DNA from: Mobula hypostoma
Lineage: Eukaryota
DNA length: 64,000 bases
Reading direction: 5' to 3'
Assembly: GCF_963921235.1 (NCBI RefSeq)
Contig: NC_086097.1
Location: forward strand, 230,270,001-230,334,000
Of the stretch, positions 38,752 through 52,008 are shown piece by piece. The notes below the pieces were generated by a model. The model worked only from the letters and a program-made list of their open reading frames with translations. It was not told where the DNA came from and did not search any database. Numbering within the stretch: position 1 is the first letter of the stretch; each line of letters begins with the position of its first letter. A program made the position numbers and the translations under genes.

Positions 38752-40169
38752 CTTTGTTGAATATCAAAAGTAAATAATTTTAGCTTTTTCTGACACTGCT
38801 GAATTACTTCAGACTATGACATTTCAAGTCTAGACAACAAATGTCTGATGTGAATGTTTCATTTTGTTTGAATACTCTTTAATTGTTCTGTAATGGCCAC
38901 TTAAAATATCAAGTGCTTGATCAAGAGTGCTATTATATTTGCTTTGCATTGAGCAAGATTTATGATACACAAATCAATTTTGGACAGAATTCATCATGCT
39001 AAAAAGAAAACATCTTTCACAATCTTGCCATTCATCTCTTTTGATGACTGGAAAGACCAGAAATAGTGGTCAGTTCAATCTCAGGAAATTGAGAAGGAAT
39101 AAGCAACAGGACCAGGTTTAACTTTGAACCAAAGCATTCCTATCCTGATATACATAATGGGGTGTGGGCATGGGGAGAGATCATCTGAGTAGACAGCTTG
39201 TCGCGCCAATGTAATTGTAGTCTAATGCAGAATCACAGAATTCAACGTGACCATGATAAGCAACTATTGCAAATGGCATCTCTATGATTTCTGTCCCCAT
39301 GAAGCTGCAAAGCTGGGAAACAGCTGCAGATAAATATGGAACAGTTGACCACTTTCTGCAAAATCTAGGCCTTGGTGTTATGCCACAAAGTGGCACGAGC
39401 CATTTGGCCAGTCCTACCTGTACCAGTGTGTAGATACGACTGTTCAATTATCTTTACTCCCTCCATGTCCAGAGTTCTTTCTCCTAACCCTGCAAATGTT
39501 TTTTTCTTAGTTTTCTTCAAAACTATTCAGACAAGTAGTGCTCATCCAACAGATCAAGCAACGAGTACCTAACCTCATAAACCTCCAAGTATCATATTTA
39601 ATCCTTAGAATGTGTTACATCACCAACACAGGGGGAAGAGCGAGATACTATAATGTATCTTAATTCCTTTAGTGTGCTGGGAATAGAGGGGTGGTCATAC
39701 TTGGCTCTTGGGTTCTTTCAATCACTGCGAGTGTGCAGGTAGATAGTAGTCAAGGGCAGGGTCAGGTTTGACTGCATTCCCAATAACCAGACACATAAGA
39801 GGGTCAATAGAGCAGGATTCCCTGGTATTAATGCATTTGTAGAGCAGGAAAGAATCAAAGCTTCCACACAGGAATGATACGCATATATTTTTGTCTGGAT
39901 TTTGAATGGTAATTTTGCATTGATTATATAAGGCAATAACACACTTGGTCCACATATCTAAACCCTAATACTAGAGAGTCATCTTGAAAGGTAAATTAAA
40001 CCACGAGCCATTGCCCATAATCAATCCCTGTGTATCATCCTCCTTTAAATCTGTGTCACTGTGGAACATTTTTCTCAGTGTAATTGTTTGCAAAATTTAC
40101 ACCATTCACCCAGTCACTTCCACCCTTCACCCCCCACTCCAAAAAAAAATCCTGTTTGATTAACAAACC

Positions 40170-40351
40170 CAGGAGAATCTGCAGATGCTGGAAATCCAAA
40201 GTAACACACACAAAATGCTGGAGGGATCTATGGAAAAGAGTAAACAGCTGATGGATGAAGGGTCCTAGCCCTAACTGGCAACTGTTTACTCATTTCCATA
40301 GATGCTGCCTGGCCTGCTGAGTTCCTCCAGCATTTTGTGTGTGTGTGTTGT
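40170..40351. mobile_element. Palindromic PLE-derived short element
   Basis: Inverted arms; central gatgaagggtcctagccc remnant. Confidence 0.78.
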
Positions 40352-40742
40352 TCCTGTTTGATTAAGTTGTTTTCGGAGGTACTGGCACAGCAGAACTTGA
40401 AACAAAATTATGACAGGCCCGGCCTAAAATATTGTAAGCCATCTTTGATTCAAAATGCTGAATATGGGTCGAAAGCACTATTTAATTATGTTTCTGTAAA
40501 TTAGAAGATATTAAACAGCAGCGACACAATTGCATGAAGTGTGTTTGTGAATGTCAACAGTTTCAATGCAGGATTTATTTTCTGATCCTAACATTTAAGA
40601 TTCAAAATTAAGCCAGGAAATTGCATTTTCATTCTTTTTTGTTTAGATAAATGGGATCTACGTCCCATTAAAGTTGTCTAAGTTACATAATTTACAAAGC
40701 TGATACACTGAAAGGGAGAACTAATCAGCTTTTTATTTGTTT

Positions 40743-40897
40743 ATATGGCCCTTGTGGCTACGGGGGTCAGGGGGTATGGAGGGAAGGCTGGGGCGGGGTT
40801 CTGAGTTGGATGATCAGCCATGATCATAATAAATGGCGGTGCAGGCTCGAAGGGCCGAATGGCCTACTCCTGCACCTATTTTCTATGTTTCTATGTT
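40743..40897 (+). mobile_element. Young CR1 3' end
   Basis: Near-identical to the 3' part of the 22.4 kb copy; tttctatg tail. Confidence 0.9.
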
Positions 40898-41140
40898 ACT
40901 CCAGTGCTTTTAGAAAGCTTAATATTGTGTCAAAATGCTTTAATTGCTAGAAAACGACAAAACAGGTAATGGTTGAAATTTATGTTAAAGGTAACACATT
41001 TCCATTACAGATGGCTCCATATCACAAAACACAATTAACACAGATGATTTTTACTTGCATTTTAATTGTGCGCAATATGAAGGAACACACAGATTCTTTT
41101 GTGTGCAGTGTTATTGTGGCTAGTCAGGATGAATGCACTA

Positions 41141-41146
41141 CATGCA
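41141..41146 (-). promoter_or_regulatory. UGCAUG (RBFOX) element downstream of the SAB cassette exon
   Basis: catgca on + strand, about 110 nt past the donor at 41258; same arrangement as 4.1R exon 16. Confidence 0.55.
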
Positions 41147-41257
41147 TTAAACTCACAGCACTCTTTGTTAAATGACAGTGATTGTCTGATCACTAGCTAC
41201 ACAGAACCACCAGAGTGCACAAACAAATAGTGATGTGCAGCTTAAATAGATACAAAC

Positions 41258-41323
41258 CTCTAACATAAGATTACTATGTTTGACATATACATTTTCACCT
41301 TTGATTCGTTCTACAAGGCTACT
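41258..41323 (-). CDS. EPB41L3: EPB41L3 66-nt spectrin-actin-binding cassette exon (paralogue of 4.1R exon 16)
   Basis: ctcttttacag|AGT...GAG|gtttgt; SSLVERIKGENVYVKHSNLMLE, carrying the GEN.Y.(R/K)HSNLMLE signature. Confidence 0.92.
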
Positions 41324-41579
41324 CTGTAAAAGAGAGCACAAATAAAGTGGAAATTGTTGTGGATGAAGCACCAAGGTAGGTATTTGGAACAAAAAACTAC
41401 CAAAGGAAAAAGAAGTGCTATGTAACCACAATAAGTTATAATTCTTAAGCAAAGAATTATAAATTTATCACAGGAAAACATAAATTTATAACAGAAATGG
41501 AAGTGGACTAAAACAGAACAATTTGCACCACAGTCTACACTAAAATCTGACCATTGACAAAAAATGATCTTCCTTGTAC

Positions 41580-41615
41580 CTGGGTCTTAGATTCCATTTC
41601 ATCCTCTTGATCGGA
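41580..41615 (-). CDS. EPB41L3: EPB41L3 36-nt exon
   Basis: tatcag|TCC...CAG|gtacaa; SDQEDEMESKTQ versus recalled human SDQEEDAELKAQ. Too short for the ORF track. Confidence 0.88.
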
Positions 41616-42114
41616 CTGATAGCATGAAGGAGGATATAAAGTAAAAGCTTTATCAACATCTAATTGCTGAGTCTTGACAAATTACAAATTCATGATATCA
41701 GCTCAACCAACCATGCATTATATTAAAAAGGTCTTGAAATTACACAACCTATGAAATGTCAAGGTTAGGAAATCAGTGAAGACACTGACTGTTTGAAATG
41801 AATTAATTGTCTACCATATTTTAAAGCTCGAACATAACCTATGGGGGGGAGAAAAGCTAAGAGGACTAAGCATCTTGAAAACAAATTAGGACTATTATTC
41901 ATCATCAGCAAAGTCAGTAATTCCTCCTCAAAACTATAATATATTAACTTAATAATCAGTTACTATCCAAATTCCTTCTAATATTATTCACACTGCTCTC
42001 ATTTAAGTGTGCATTAATATAGATCAGGACTGAAGTATGAGCGTAGGGAGACTTGTACGTTGTTCATCTGGAGAAAAACCCCTGTAGCTGTTGTGAATAG
42101 ACAAAAACTCCAAT

Positions 42115-42540
42115 TTTCATGGGCACTAGCCTCCATAGTATCCAAGACATCTTCAAGGAACGGTGCCTCAAAAAGGTGGTGTCCATTATTGAGGACCCCC
42201 AATCACTTAGGACATGCTGTGTTCTCATTGCTGCTATCCCGAAGGAAGAACAGGAGCCTGAAGGCACACACTCAACGATTCAGGAACAGCTTCATTCCCT
42301 TTACCATCCGATTTCTGAATGGACATGGAACCCGTGAACACTGCCTCACTACATCTTTTAGTTGTTTTTGAACTACTTATTTAACTATTTAATGTATGTG
42401 CATGTGTACATACACACACACACACACACACAAACAGGATTCACAGTTTTTTATATTATCCTGTATTGCATTGAACTGCCACTGCAAAGTTAACAAGTTT
42501 CACAACATATACCGGTGATATTAAACCTGGTTCTGAATCT
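42115..42540 (+). mobile_element. Rex/Babar-like LINE 3' fragment
   Basis: GTSLHSIQDIFKERCLKK..SII.DP..RSLKAHTQRFRNSFIP..IRFLN; ttctga tail. Confidence 0.75.
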
Positions 42541-43706
42541 TAATAGCTTCAAAGCATTTTTAAACATGCTCTTCAATGCCATCATCACTGAGCTGAATAA
42601 CAATAGAAACTTGTTTCTTTCACTTTTAATAAACACTACATTCAATACGTGTACTGAATAATTGGTGGAATATCTGGGACCACTGGCAACCACAAAGTGG
42701 TACATAAGAAAACATACAGTGATCATGTCCTTCCAGTCAACACCAGATAATGTACTATTGACATTAAGTGATTATGTGAAAGGTGAGTTAAGTTTAAGTG
42801 AACCACTTGAGAAAAATAAAATCATGGCTATCGAAACTTCATGTCTCCAGCAGTCACTCACCTGCCAGTTTCAATAATGTGAAATCCAAATGAGATTTAT
42901 CAATTCTCAGGTTACCTGAGGGTTGGACCACTGGCGAACACAGTACAGCAATGAAACAAATAAATTCCAAAAAGGGAAATAAAAGATGAGATGATTGTGA
43001 AAAATTAGCAGAATGGAAGCACTATTTTGTTACATACCAAGAGGACAGAGCAATGATTTTCCATAGCTTCTAATACCATTATTTGGACAAAAAGCAAGTA
43101 GAAGCTTGGTGGTACAGATCCCATTATCTCCACAAAGGCACTCATGTCCATGATATATCACAAAATGAGTTTTGATGTCAGCTGGCTAATCGGGTCTTTG
43201 CATGCAAACATGGAAGGACACCAAAGGACAAGTTGCACAAGGTCAATTCCACAAGAAAATTCTAAGACTCGTAACCTGTATTGACCATGACCTCATCTTG
43301 GGAAAATTTAATCAGCTTTTAAATTCTGTGGACTGCCTGCACTTTCCAGAATAAAGCACATTTCAGCTAGTCTTTAGAAAGCGCACTGTATGAATGAAGT
43401 AGAAAGAGCAAACACAGATGCTCTTGAATCGATCGTGGACTGGGGTTTCCTGGAAATGCCACAGATCTAATTTTCATGCACCATATTTCCTCAATGACTT
43501 TTTGAATCATTCTGGCCTACTGTCCTTGCCAGCCAATTCTCATTTTAGTTTAGAATAAGCGCTTTGTTATTTTGTATTTGGCACTTCTTCAGTCCAATCC
43601 ATAAACCATATTGTGGCGACGTTAATGTCAAATTAGCAGCTGCACTGTTGAAACTCTCAGACAAACAAGTGAGGTCACGAGGACCATTTTCCTGGGAAGT
43701 ACAAAC

Positions 43707-43763
43707 CTCTGCGGTGGTTTCCCCATCAGCAGGACCGGTAGTGTCAGTCTGCTCACTGTCAGT
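43707..43763 (-). CDS. EPB41L3: EPB41L3 57-nt exon
   Basis: aaatag|ACT...GAG|gtttgt; TDSEQTDTTGPADGETTAE versus recalled human TDSERTDTAADGETTATE. Confidence 0.9.
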
Positions 43764-46700
43764 CTATTTGTCAGCAACATCCCAAGATGTCCGGGAGGAA
43801 AGCAGGAATAAAAATACATCAGCCTTGTCAGAACATTCAAGCAAGATGTACTACTCACTGTGCCTTTGCTTCATAACAAAACAAAAGGCTCATTAGAAGC
43901 ATGAAACGAACAAAATAAATGGAACTGGATTAGAGGCAGATTTGAGGCAAAATGGGAAGAGCAATAGCAAGTTACAAGATTGAACTTCTTTTAAGAAAAG
44001 AATCTCAGTGTTTAAAGCCCTCGTCACAATAGTATTTCATTTGCACTTTAATTAATTTAAAAATGCTTTAAATGAAGAGGGCAAATTGAAGCAATTTGAT
44101 TTTACTAACAAATTTGGAAATACTCTTTTGAAACACATTTTAAGCTATTCCAATTGATGGGGACAATAACAAGCAGTGAGAAACCCTTTCCAAAGCGAAG
44201 CAGAAGATGGTTAATAGAAGGAACTTGTCAAACAATGTCTGGGCTAAGCACGCAGGGCTAAATAATCAATGGTGTATCTCAAACTAATGACAAAATGTCA
44301 ACAAGTGATCATAAAAGCAACCGTTTACATATTGTATACTCAAATGCATCAAACATAGATGCGGTTTCACACACTCAAATCCTGCGATTACAAAATAAAA
44401 AGTAAGAAGGTGCACAATAGAGGAAAGATAGAGTATAGAGTACTGTAATGGGCTGAAATTGGGCATCCAGAAGCAATTCACGAGCGAACACCCCACAAAA
44501 TTTCAATGTGGCTGCTTTGACAATTGTTAGGAGTTGGATAGGTAAAAGCACAGGCCAGTACTGGCTCTCAGTAAAGCTGTGGAATCACTCAGTACATTAT
44601 AGCCCTAAAGGCAGCTTTGCGAAGACTAAATTTTCATTGATAATCTTCTAGCAGTCTCTCTGAGGACAATTTGAAAGACAGTTGAAATAAGTGAACCCAG
44701 TAATGTTCCATTCAGTGATGAATACTATCCAAGAGGTGTCCTTGTAATCAGATGATTTAACCCTTGTATCTGCTCGTGAACGGCTAAGTGGCTCTTGAAG
44801 TTGATTATCAGTGATTATAATGGATACTGTATGCACTTCAGATGCCTTGGGATATAACTCTTCAAAACTGGATCACTGTCCTCATTTCAAATCAGAACAA
44901 TGCACAATTTCTTCTAACTGCTACCGTAGCTTTTTTGAGATACATAATTGATTTGCATGATTTAAATCAAGTATATTACAATTTTGTAACTAACTATTCC
45001 TGTTAATCATGTGCAGCTCATTTACATCAGAAGCAAAGCTTACTCGACACTGCCAGATTACTGCCAGAGTAGCCCGACTTTCAGGCCCTGTTGAATCTGT
45101 AGAATTACATTCTTGAAAAAAATACATAGAAATCAAACACAGGTCTGCTTGCAGCATTTATATGAGAAGAATGACTCTTATCTGGTCAAACTGCCTAGCA
45201 GTTCAAGCTTGAATGAAACCATACCAGTTTCAGACAATCTTACTGTAAGAACAATTAGCTACAATGCCTACTAGGACCAAAGTAAAACTGATAAATTCAG
45301 CATTATTTTTTCATTTGCTAACTTAAATCTGTTCTTGAATTCCAATAACTAAAAGGATGCCAAATGTATTATAAAAAATTCAACACATTTTATTTTTCCA
45401 GGTCATGTCAATGTTGCAAAGCTACACAACAAGATCATATAGAACTATTGAAGTTAACTTTCTCAAAATCAAGTAGTAACAAAATGTTATTTTCCTTTGT
45501 AATTTCTTTAAACCAGTAAGGTCCCTTGCATTGGAACAGAGGAGAATGGCATTTTCTTTTTCAAAGTACATCAAGTATTAACAATTCTTACTGAAGAAAC
45601 ACTGGTGTGTAAAACTTGCAAAAGTGGGACGGCAAGTCTAGTAACATAGCAAGGCACTAGAATTTCATTTCAAGGGTCAATATAATGTTGAAGATCTAGT
45701 TAATCGCATCCTTCTCACTTTATAGGCTGTTATAAAAATGTAAACCTCTTTGAAAGACCTCACCAGCATCACACTGAAGGTTTTCAGTTTACAGGAGAAT
45801 CTGGGCTTAACTAGAAAACATTTCCTGAATTAAATAACCAAACTTTCTTCAGTGTTCTACAATAAATAGCTTAAAAGTCCTGTTATACAAAACTCTGAAT
45901 GAATTAGATATGAAAAGTAAGAGATATTAAGCATTCAACATAAGATTTAAGGACTTGAAATTATTTGTACTTCTGACATTTTTCTAAGTGTGTAGATTAA
46001 CAGATTATGATGCAAACAGACCCTCATTCATTGAACAGTCCGTACATGCAATCTGGACCAAACAATGACACTAGTTTAATTTTCCTACGTAATATCCAAG
46101 AATACACAGGGCATGCACATTAATGTATATACACTTCACTGTCAGCAGTCTGGATGGTTTGAGATTAGACACTAAGTTTTTATTCTGAACCTATAGTGAA
46201 GTAATGTCAAACTCATCTATGTCCTGAATCAGTTTTAGTGCCTGTAATATTCTGCAACACCATCTATCTAAAACTTTATTTGCCCACTTGTAAAGCAGTA
46301 AGTATAGATATATATTTTTATTGCCCTTTTGGACTTAAGTGTGAAGGCAGGAAACTGAATAAGGCCATACTTGGAGTAATTCATGCTGTCAGTTCCTGGA
46401 CAAAAGGCTAAAGTAACTTCATGTGCTATCTCACATGGAAGGCAACTTTCATTAAGACAGTTCATGAACTTAAATATGACCGCAATGTTAACAGAAGTAT
46501 TTAATAAATCATATGTAAAATGAGGCATTTTGGTCTTTTACATCTTTTTTAAAAAAGGTGAATAATCAGGCCGTTCATGTCTGGTATTTCTAATCATGTT
46601 CAGACATTGACTGAACCAAATGAACACAATATTCATTGAGAAACAAATGGCCTACTGTAATACTAATGAGGTTATGACTGTCTCACACCAGAGAATTTAA

Positions 46701-47065
46701 ACTAATTGACTATCAACTGGCTCCAACTCCTAGGGAAATGTCAGCATGGCTCTTTTGAATGACCTTATTCAATTTAGGAATTTACATCTATAAGAATACA
46801 AAGTATGTACACAGGCCAATTACTTCATATTTTTCCACTATTAAAAAATAGGCCGGCTTTTCAGAACTTTTCTGCAAGAAAACAAAAACTTTTTGTCTAA
46901 TCTGATGCGACAAATAAGTTATGTCTCTTTGAAACACAGCTCTTAAAATAAGAAAAGGCAGCAATGAGGTTCTGAAAATAATGTTACTTTTGCAGCGTTT
47001 TACACTGTGCAGAACGCTCAGGCACTGAACACAAAGGGATTGTGTTCAGGCTGAGGTACACGCAC

Positions 47066-47635
47066 CTCTTCCTCTGAACTGTCACTCAGGTCATTGTCAA
47101 CTGAGGCACTCAAGGAGGCTGCCCTGGGCTCCAGATAGCAGAGACACATAGCAAGAGGGAATGAGAGAGTGAGAGCGTACGGTACAGAGAAAGAGGTTGA
47201 AAGCAGGAAGAAGAAAATGAAAAGGAAGCAGGGAACGAGCGATGGCGACTGGATGGGGAGGTAACGTTGGAAGCTTTCGGGTAAGAAACTGGCATCGGAA
47301 AAGCTGGGGAAGGAAAGATAGCCATCATCATCTAACAAAGAAAATGTCGCTGGGAGATGCAAGGAGAATGAAAACAGGGTTCCTCCTTTTCTAGATCTAG
47401 ACCCCGGGTCTTGGTCTCCTTTTAAATCCACTGCTTTCTTATCAATTGACTTTGAAGGATCATAGTCAAACTGTGAATGGGGTGTGCTGCAGGGATCTTC
47501 AACCTTGACGTCATCAGCAGATTTTGAAACATTCGCTTTACATCTCCTATGAATGCTCGATGATATAGGGGAGTCACAGTGCATAGGCAAGGGGTTAGAG
47601 GAAGAGGAAAATGAGTTTGTGCCAACAAATGTATT
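47066..47635 (-). CDS. EPB41L3: EPB41L3 large symmetric exon with a hydrophobic segment
   Basis: Long polypyrimidine tract then ggtag|AAT...GAG|gtgcgt; 570 nt, phase 0/0. Contains TLFSFSLHLP..LLDDDGYLSFP..SPSLVPCFLFIFFFLLS.SFSVPYALTLSFPLA.CLCYLEP.AASLSAS.DND.SDSSEEE as in 4.1B. Confidence 0.93.
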
Positions 47636-48167
47636 CTACCGGAGAAACACAGGAAATACAAAGAAGCAGGAGCAACATAAAAGAGCAGGAAAATTAAGAC
47701 AAAAAAGAAAAAAATATTAGTTATTGCATCCCATAACATTTAATCTTCCAAAATGTCAAATCTTCTTTTAGCTAGAAATATTAAGTAACTCAAAATTTCA
47801 AAAAGCCAAATTGCATTATTTTCCATAACAATTTATAAAAATACAATTTTTGAAGTTCCATGACTTTTTTTCTCTTATCTGAAAACCCCACAAATACCTT
47901 AATTGTCTCAACTGGACCCATTATAGTTTTCCCATTTGATGCCTTTGTTTTTTTTTACAGATAACTGGGTGTTAATTTTTGTTGGTATATTTCTTTCTTC
48001 GTTATTTACTTCTAGTTCCTAATTAATCGTTTTCTTTGTTGCCAGCTCTTTGATTACTTATGCCATTTTAATTTCCAATTTAATTTTTTAATTGGTGTCT
48101 TTTGTTTTTCTTGTTCTTTGATTTTATGTCAAGTCAATAGTGACTACGTCCGTGCTGCACCCATTCT

Positions 48168-49492
48168 GGAAAATGGATATAAGATTGGCTGACTGGCAGG
48201 AGGCAAAGAGTGGGAATAAAGGGGTCCCTTTTCTGGTTGGCGAGATTTAAGGGGAAACCTTGCCTAAAGAAATAGTTGGGATTCTTTGAGGAAATAATAA
48301 GCAGGAGAGATGGAGGAGAGTCCGTAGATGTTGTATACTTGGATTTTCAGAAGGTCTTTGACAAGTTGCCGCATATGAAGCTGTTTAACAAGTTAAGAGC
48401 CCACTGTATTACATGAAAGTTACTAGCATGGATAGAAGATTAGCTGACTGACTGGAAGCAAAGAGCGGGAATAAAGAGGGCCTTTTCTGTTTGGCTACGA
48501 GTAACTAGCGGTGTTCCACAGGGACAGGGGGTTAGGTCCACTTCTTTTCAAATTATATGTCAATGATCTCAATGATAGGATTGATGACTTTGTGGCCAAG
48601 TTTGTGTATGATAGGTGGAGGGGCAGGTAGTGTTAAGGAAGCAGGGAGTCTGCAAAAGGACTTGCACAGATTTGGAGAATGGGCAAAGTGGCAGATAGAA
48701 TATAGTGCAGGGAAGTGTATGGTCATGAAATTTGAGTAAAGGAGTAAATAGTGTAGACTATTTTCAAAGCGGAGAGAAAATTCAAAAATCAGAGGTGCAA
48801 AGGGAATTGGGAGCTTTCGTACAGGGTGCCCTAAACGTTAATTTGCAGGTTGTCAGAGGTAGGGAAGGTAAAAGCAATGTTAGAATTCATTTCGAGAGGA
48901 CTAGAATATAATAGCAAGGATGCTATGCTGAGGCTTTAACCATACTTGCAGCATAGTGAACAGTTTTGCACCCTTCATCTAAGAAAAGGTGTGCTGGCAT
49001 TGGAGCGAGTCCAGAGGAGGTTCACAAGAATGATTCCAGGAATGAAAGGATTAATGTATGAGGAGTGTTTAATGGCTCTTGGCCTGTACTCACTAGTGTT
49101 TAGAAGAACGGGGGGGTTCTCATTGAAACCTATCGAATATTGAAAGCTCTAGTTAGAGCAGATGTGGAGAGGATGTTTCCAACAATGGGCAAAAAGGATC
49201 AGAGGGCACAGCCTCAGAATAGAGGGATGTCCATTTAGAACAGAGATGAGGAGGAATTTCTTTAGCCAGAAAGAAATAAATCAGTGGAATTCATTGCCAC
49301 AGGCAGCCATGTGGGCCAAGTCATTGGATATATTTAAAGCGGAGGTTGATAGCTTCTTGATTAGTCAGGGTGCCAAAGGATACAGAGGGAAGGCAGGAAA
49401 ATGGGGTTGAGAGGGACAATATATCAGCCATGATAGAATGGCAGAGCCATGATTGTCTGAATGACCTAATTCTGCTCCTGTGTCTTATGGTC
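48168..49492 (+). mobile_element. Degenerate CR1 LINE
   Basis: VYLDFQK.FDK, ERVQRRFTRMIPG, RRNFFSQ..WNSLP. Confidence 0.88.
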
Positions 49493-51649
49493 TTATTCCA
49501 ATGCTGCTTGAATGTGTAATCCATTTTGTACCCAAGCACTGGTAAAAATCCATAATCATTTAGAGACACCTGTAAGGAATTGCAATGTCAGCAGTAAGAA
49601 ATTTATTTAAGACAGAATGGTGAAGTTAAAATACATTTCTTATTTAAAATTTAATTTATAATAAGATTCATTGGCTTGAAAATGTGAACAACATAAAGCT
49701 TTGTAATCACGTCAAAATCAGATGATTTATGATTTAGAATTTTAAACTATGGGAACTCTAAAATGTGATTTAAAAATTAAGTCGATTATTATGGTACAGT
49801 TCAACTGAACTAATCACCAAATGTAAGTTAAGTTTTCCTATGAAATTACATTGTCCACTATTTTAATAAAGCATTATTACATTTAACATGGGTAGGTTTT
49901 AATCCTGTCTACCAAAGACAGTGATAAGTTAACACAATTGCAGATACTTACTCGATTAGTATCACTAAAAGTCAACGGGAGTTGGGAAACAAAAAGGGTG
50001 ACTAATCCTGTCATAGACCAGGTGTTGGCAAATGGCTTCAGAACTGTGAGAACTTTCACTGCTTCCAGCAAGAAATTTATGCAAAGTCAGTTAATGGAAT
50101 TTAAATCAGGCCCAGGAATGAAACAACTTTCTGCTTCAGGCCGACAAAAGTGGATGGTTTTCAAACTCTTGCCACCCATCAAACTGGCCTAGCTAAAACT
50201 GGACTTAAGTTCTGTTATGACAGCAAACAATCTAATTAGCAATCCCCATGCTAAATTGCGTAGTTATCATCTCCAGCATCAGCAATATCTTGTGAAAACT
50301 ATTCTTGTATATTCTCTAGGTCCTATGCCATCTTGATCTGCAGAGAACAATTTTTTGAAAAATATTCAGCGTCACTGGATCAAAACTCAGGAATTTACTT
50401 TGTACCACCAATTTGGAAATTAATTCCTGTTGCCTATTCAATGCTGCCTCATCATAAGAAACAGCTTCAAAGTCAAAGGAAGTTCAACCTTCTGCATAAA
50501 GATCAATCAATCAAATCAAGGCAGCTAATGGAAGTTCATTTAAGCTAAGGAACAAGACAATACATAATAGTAAACTATAAAGATGAATTCTGAAGTCATT
50601 TGGTTCTAGTATCACATACAACTCGAAACCATCCTTAATTATTTAAAATGTTTGGCATATTTAATTCAGATAATGACAACAATTATACAGATATCAGACT
50701 TCCTATTTATATACAGGACTGCTTCAAAAGGAATACAATCTTGCTAAAAGCCAGTAGGAAAGGAGGACAATTTTTGGCAGTCAAACCTTGTGCTGTGGTC
50801 CAGATCCAGTCTTGGCATGTCACTGTGGATCAGACCAAGCAAAGATGACCAGCACTGGCCTGAAGAGAATTTGCAGCCAGATTTACTCCATGCTTCTGCT
50901 GGACCTCTCCCAGCAACCACATGCAGAGCAGCACTGACAGGAAGCTGTGAGCAAGATGCTTGCCTTGTCTCTTAAGCAACGTATGTTACATAGCATGGGA
51001 CACTGAGATAATAGGCCTCAAGTATATTTTCTCCTCTCATTGAAATAATGTTTTGCTAAAATGAACTCTAATCTGAACATTCTATTGCATAAAGGATACA
51101 ATTACAAAATAAATCTAATCCACTTTCAGAAACCATAATAAGAAATGAAAAATTGCGAAACAAAGCTTGAGATAAAAATTTAGATTTAGTGCAAAAGGTA
51201 AGAAAATGCCGACATTTTTGTTACCAAAAGATCGGGAAAACCAGTTAAATCATCAGCTTTGCTGCAGCAAGAATTATGAATTATTCGAGCTGGAGATCGA
51301 GGTTAAGTCTTTAACAGATATTTTCAAATGGGACACAGAATCTGAATTCATTTTGGAGTTCAATTACATGCATACTTAGAAGAATGAATTCTGGAAGAAT
51401 GCATCAGAGGATGGCTTGTTCTACTCTCTATCTAGCAATGTGGTTTTATGCAAGTTGATATTGAGGTCAGATGCTCTGCCCTCAATCTACATATTCTCTG
51501 CTACCAATCTAATAACATCAAGTGCATTTCAAGTTTTATAATTGTGTCATTAAGCTTGCTCTTCAATGGGATCCTGACTTGCACAAATTAAATCCAGAAA
51601 GCACAGCTCAAACAAGGGTTCAAACTGGGGTAATAAAGTGTTAGTTGAT

Positions 51650-52008
51650 CATTTTGTCCAGTCACTTGTCCAGCAACCTCTGACTTTCTACCATCAGGCA
51701 GGAGACTCCGATGCACAAGGACAAGAATGATCAGGATGGGAAACAGTTTCTTCCCTCAACCCACTAGGCTTCTGAACTTCCTGCCACATTGCACTCGAAG
51801 GGCCACTGGTTAATCTGTTCCATACCTTACAATATTTAATTTATGCACTTTACTTTGTTTATTTATGCGTAATTCATTTGTAGATTTTATTCTTACTTTC
51901 CTAAGTTATTGAGTGTTATATCTGTGTTGTGCATACTACTGTGCTTTAGAGAAACATCATCTTGTTTGACATGTATATAGTTAAATGACAATAAACATGA
52001 CTTGACTA
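51650..52008 (+). mobile_element. Rex/Babar-like 3' fragment
   Basis: LPSGRRLR..TR..RMGNSFFP..RLLN; aataaa..gacttgact tail. Confidence 0.65.

Noticed and set aside
11030..40351. Recurring ~30-bp motifs as a CRISPR-like array
   Set aside because: They are dispersed, inverted and degenerate arms of an interspersed eukaryotic repeat; no regular spacers and no cas genes.
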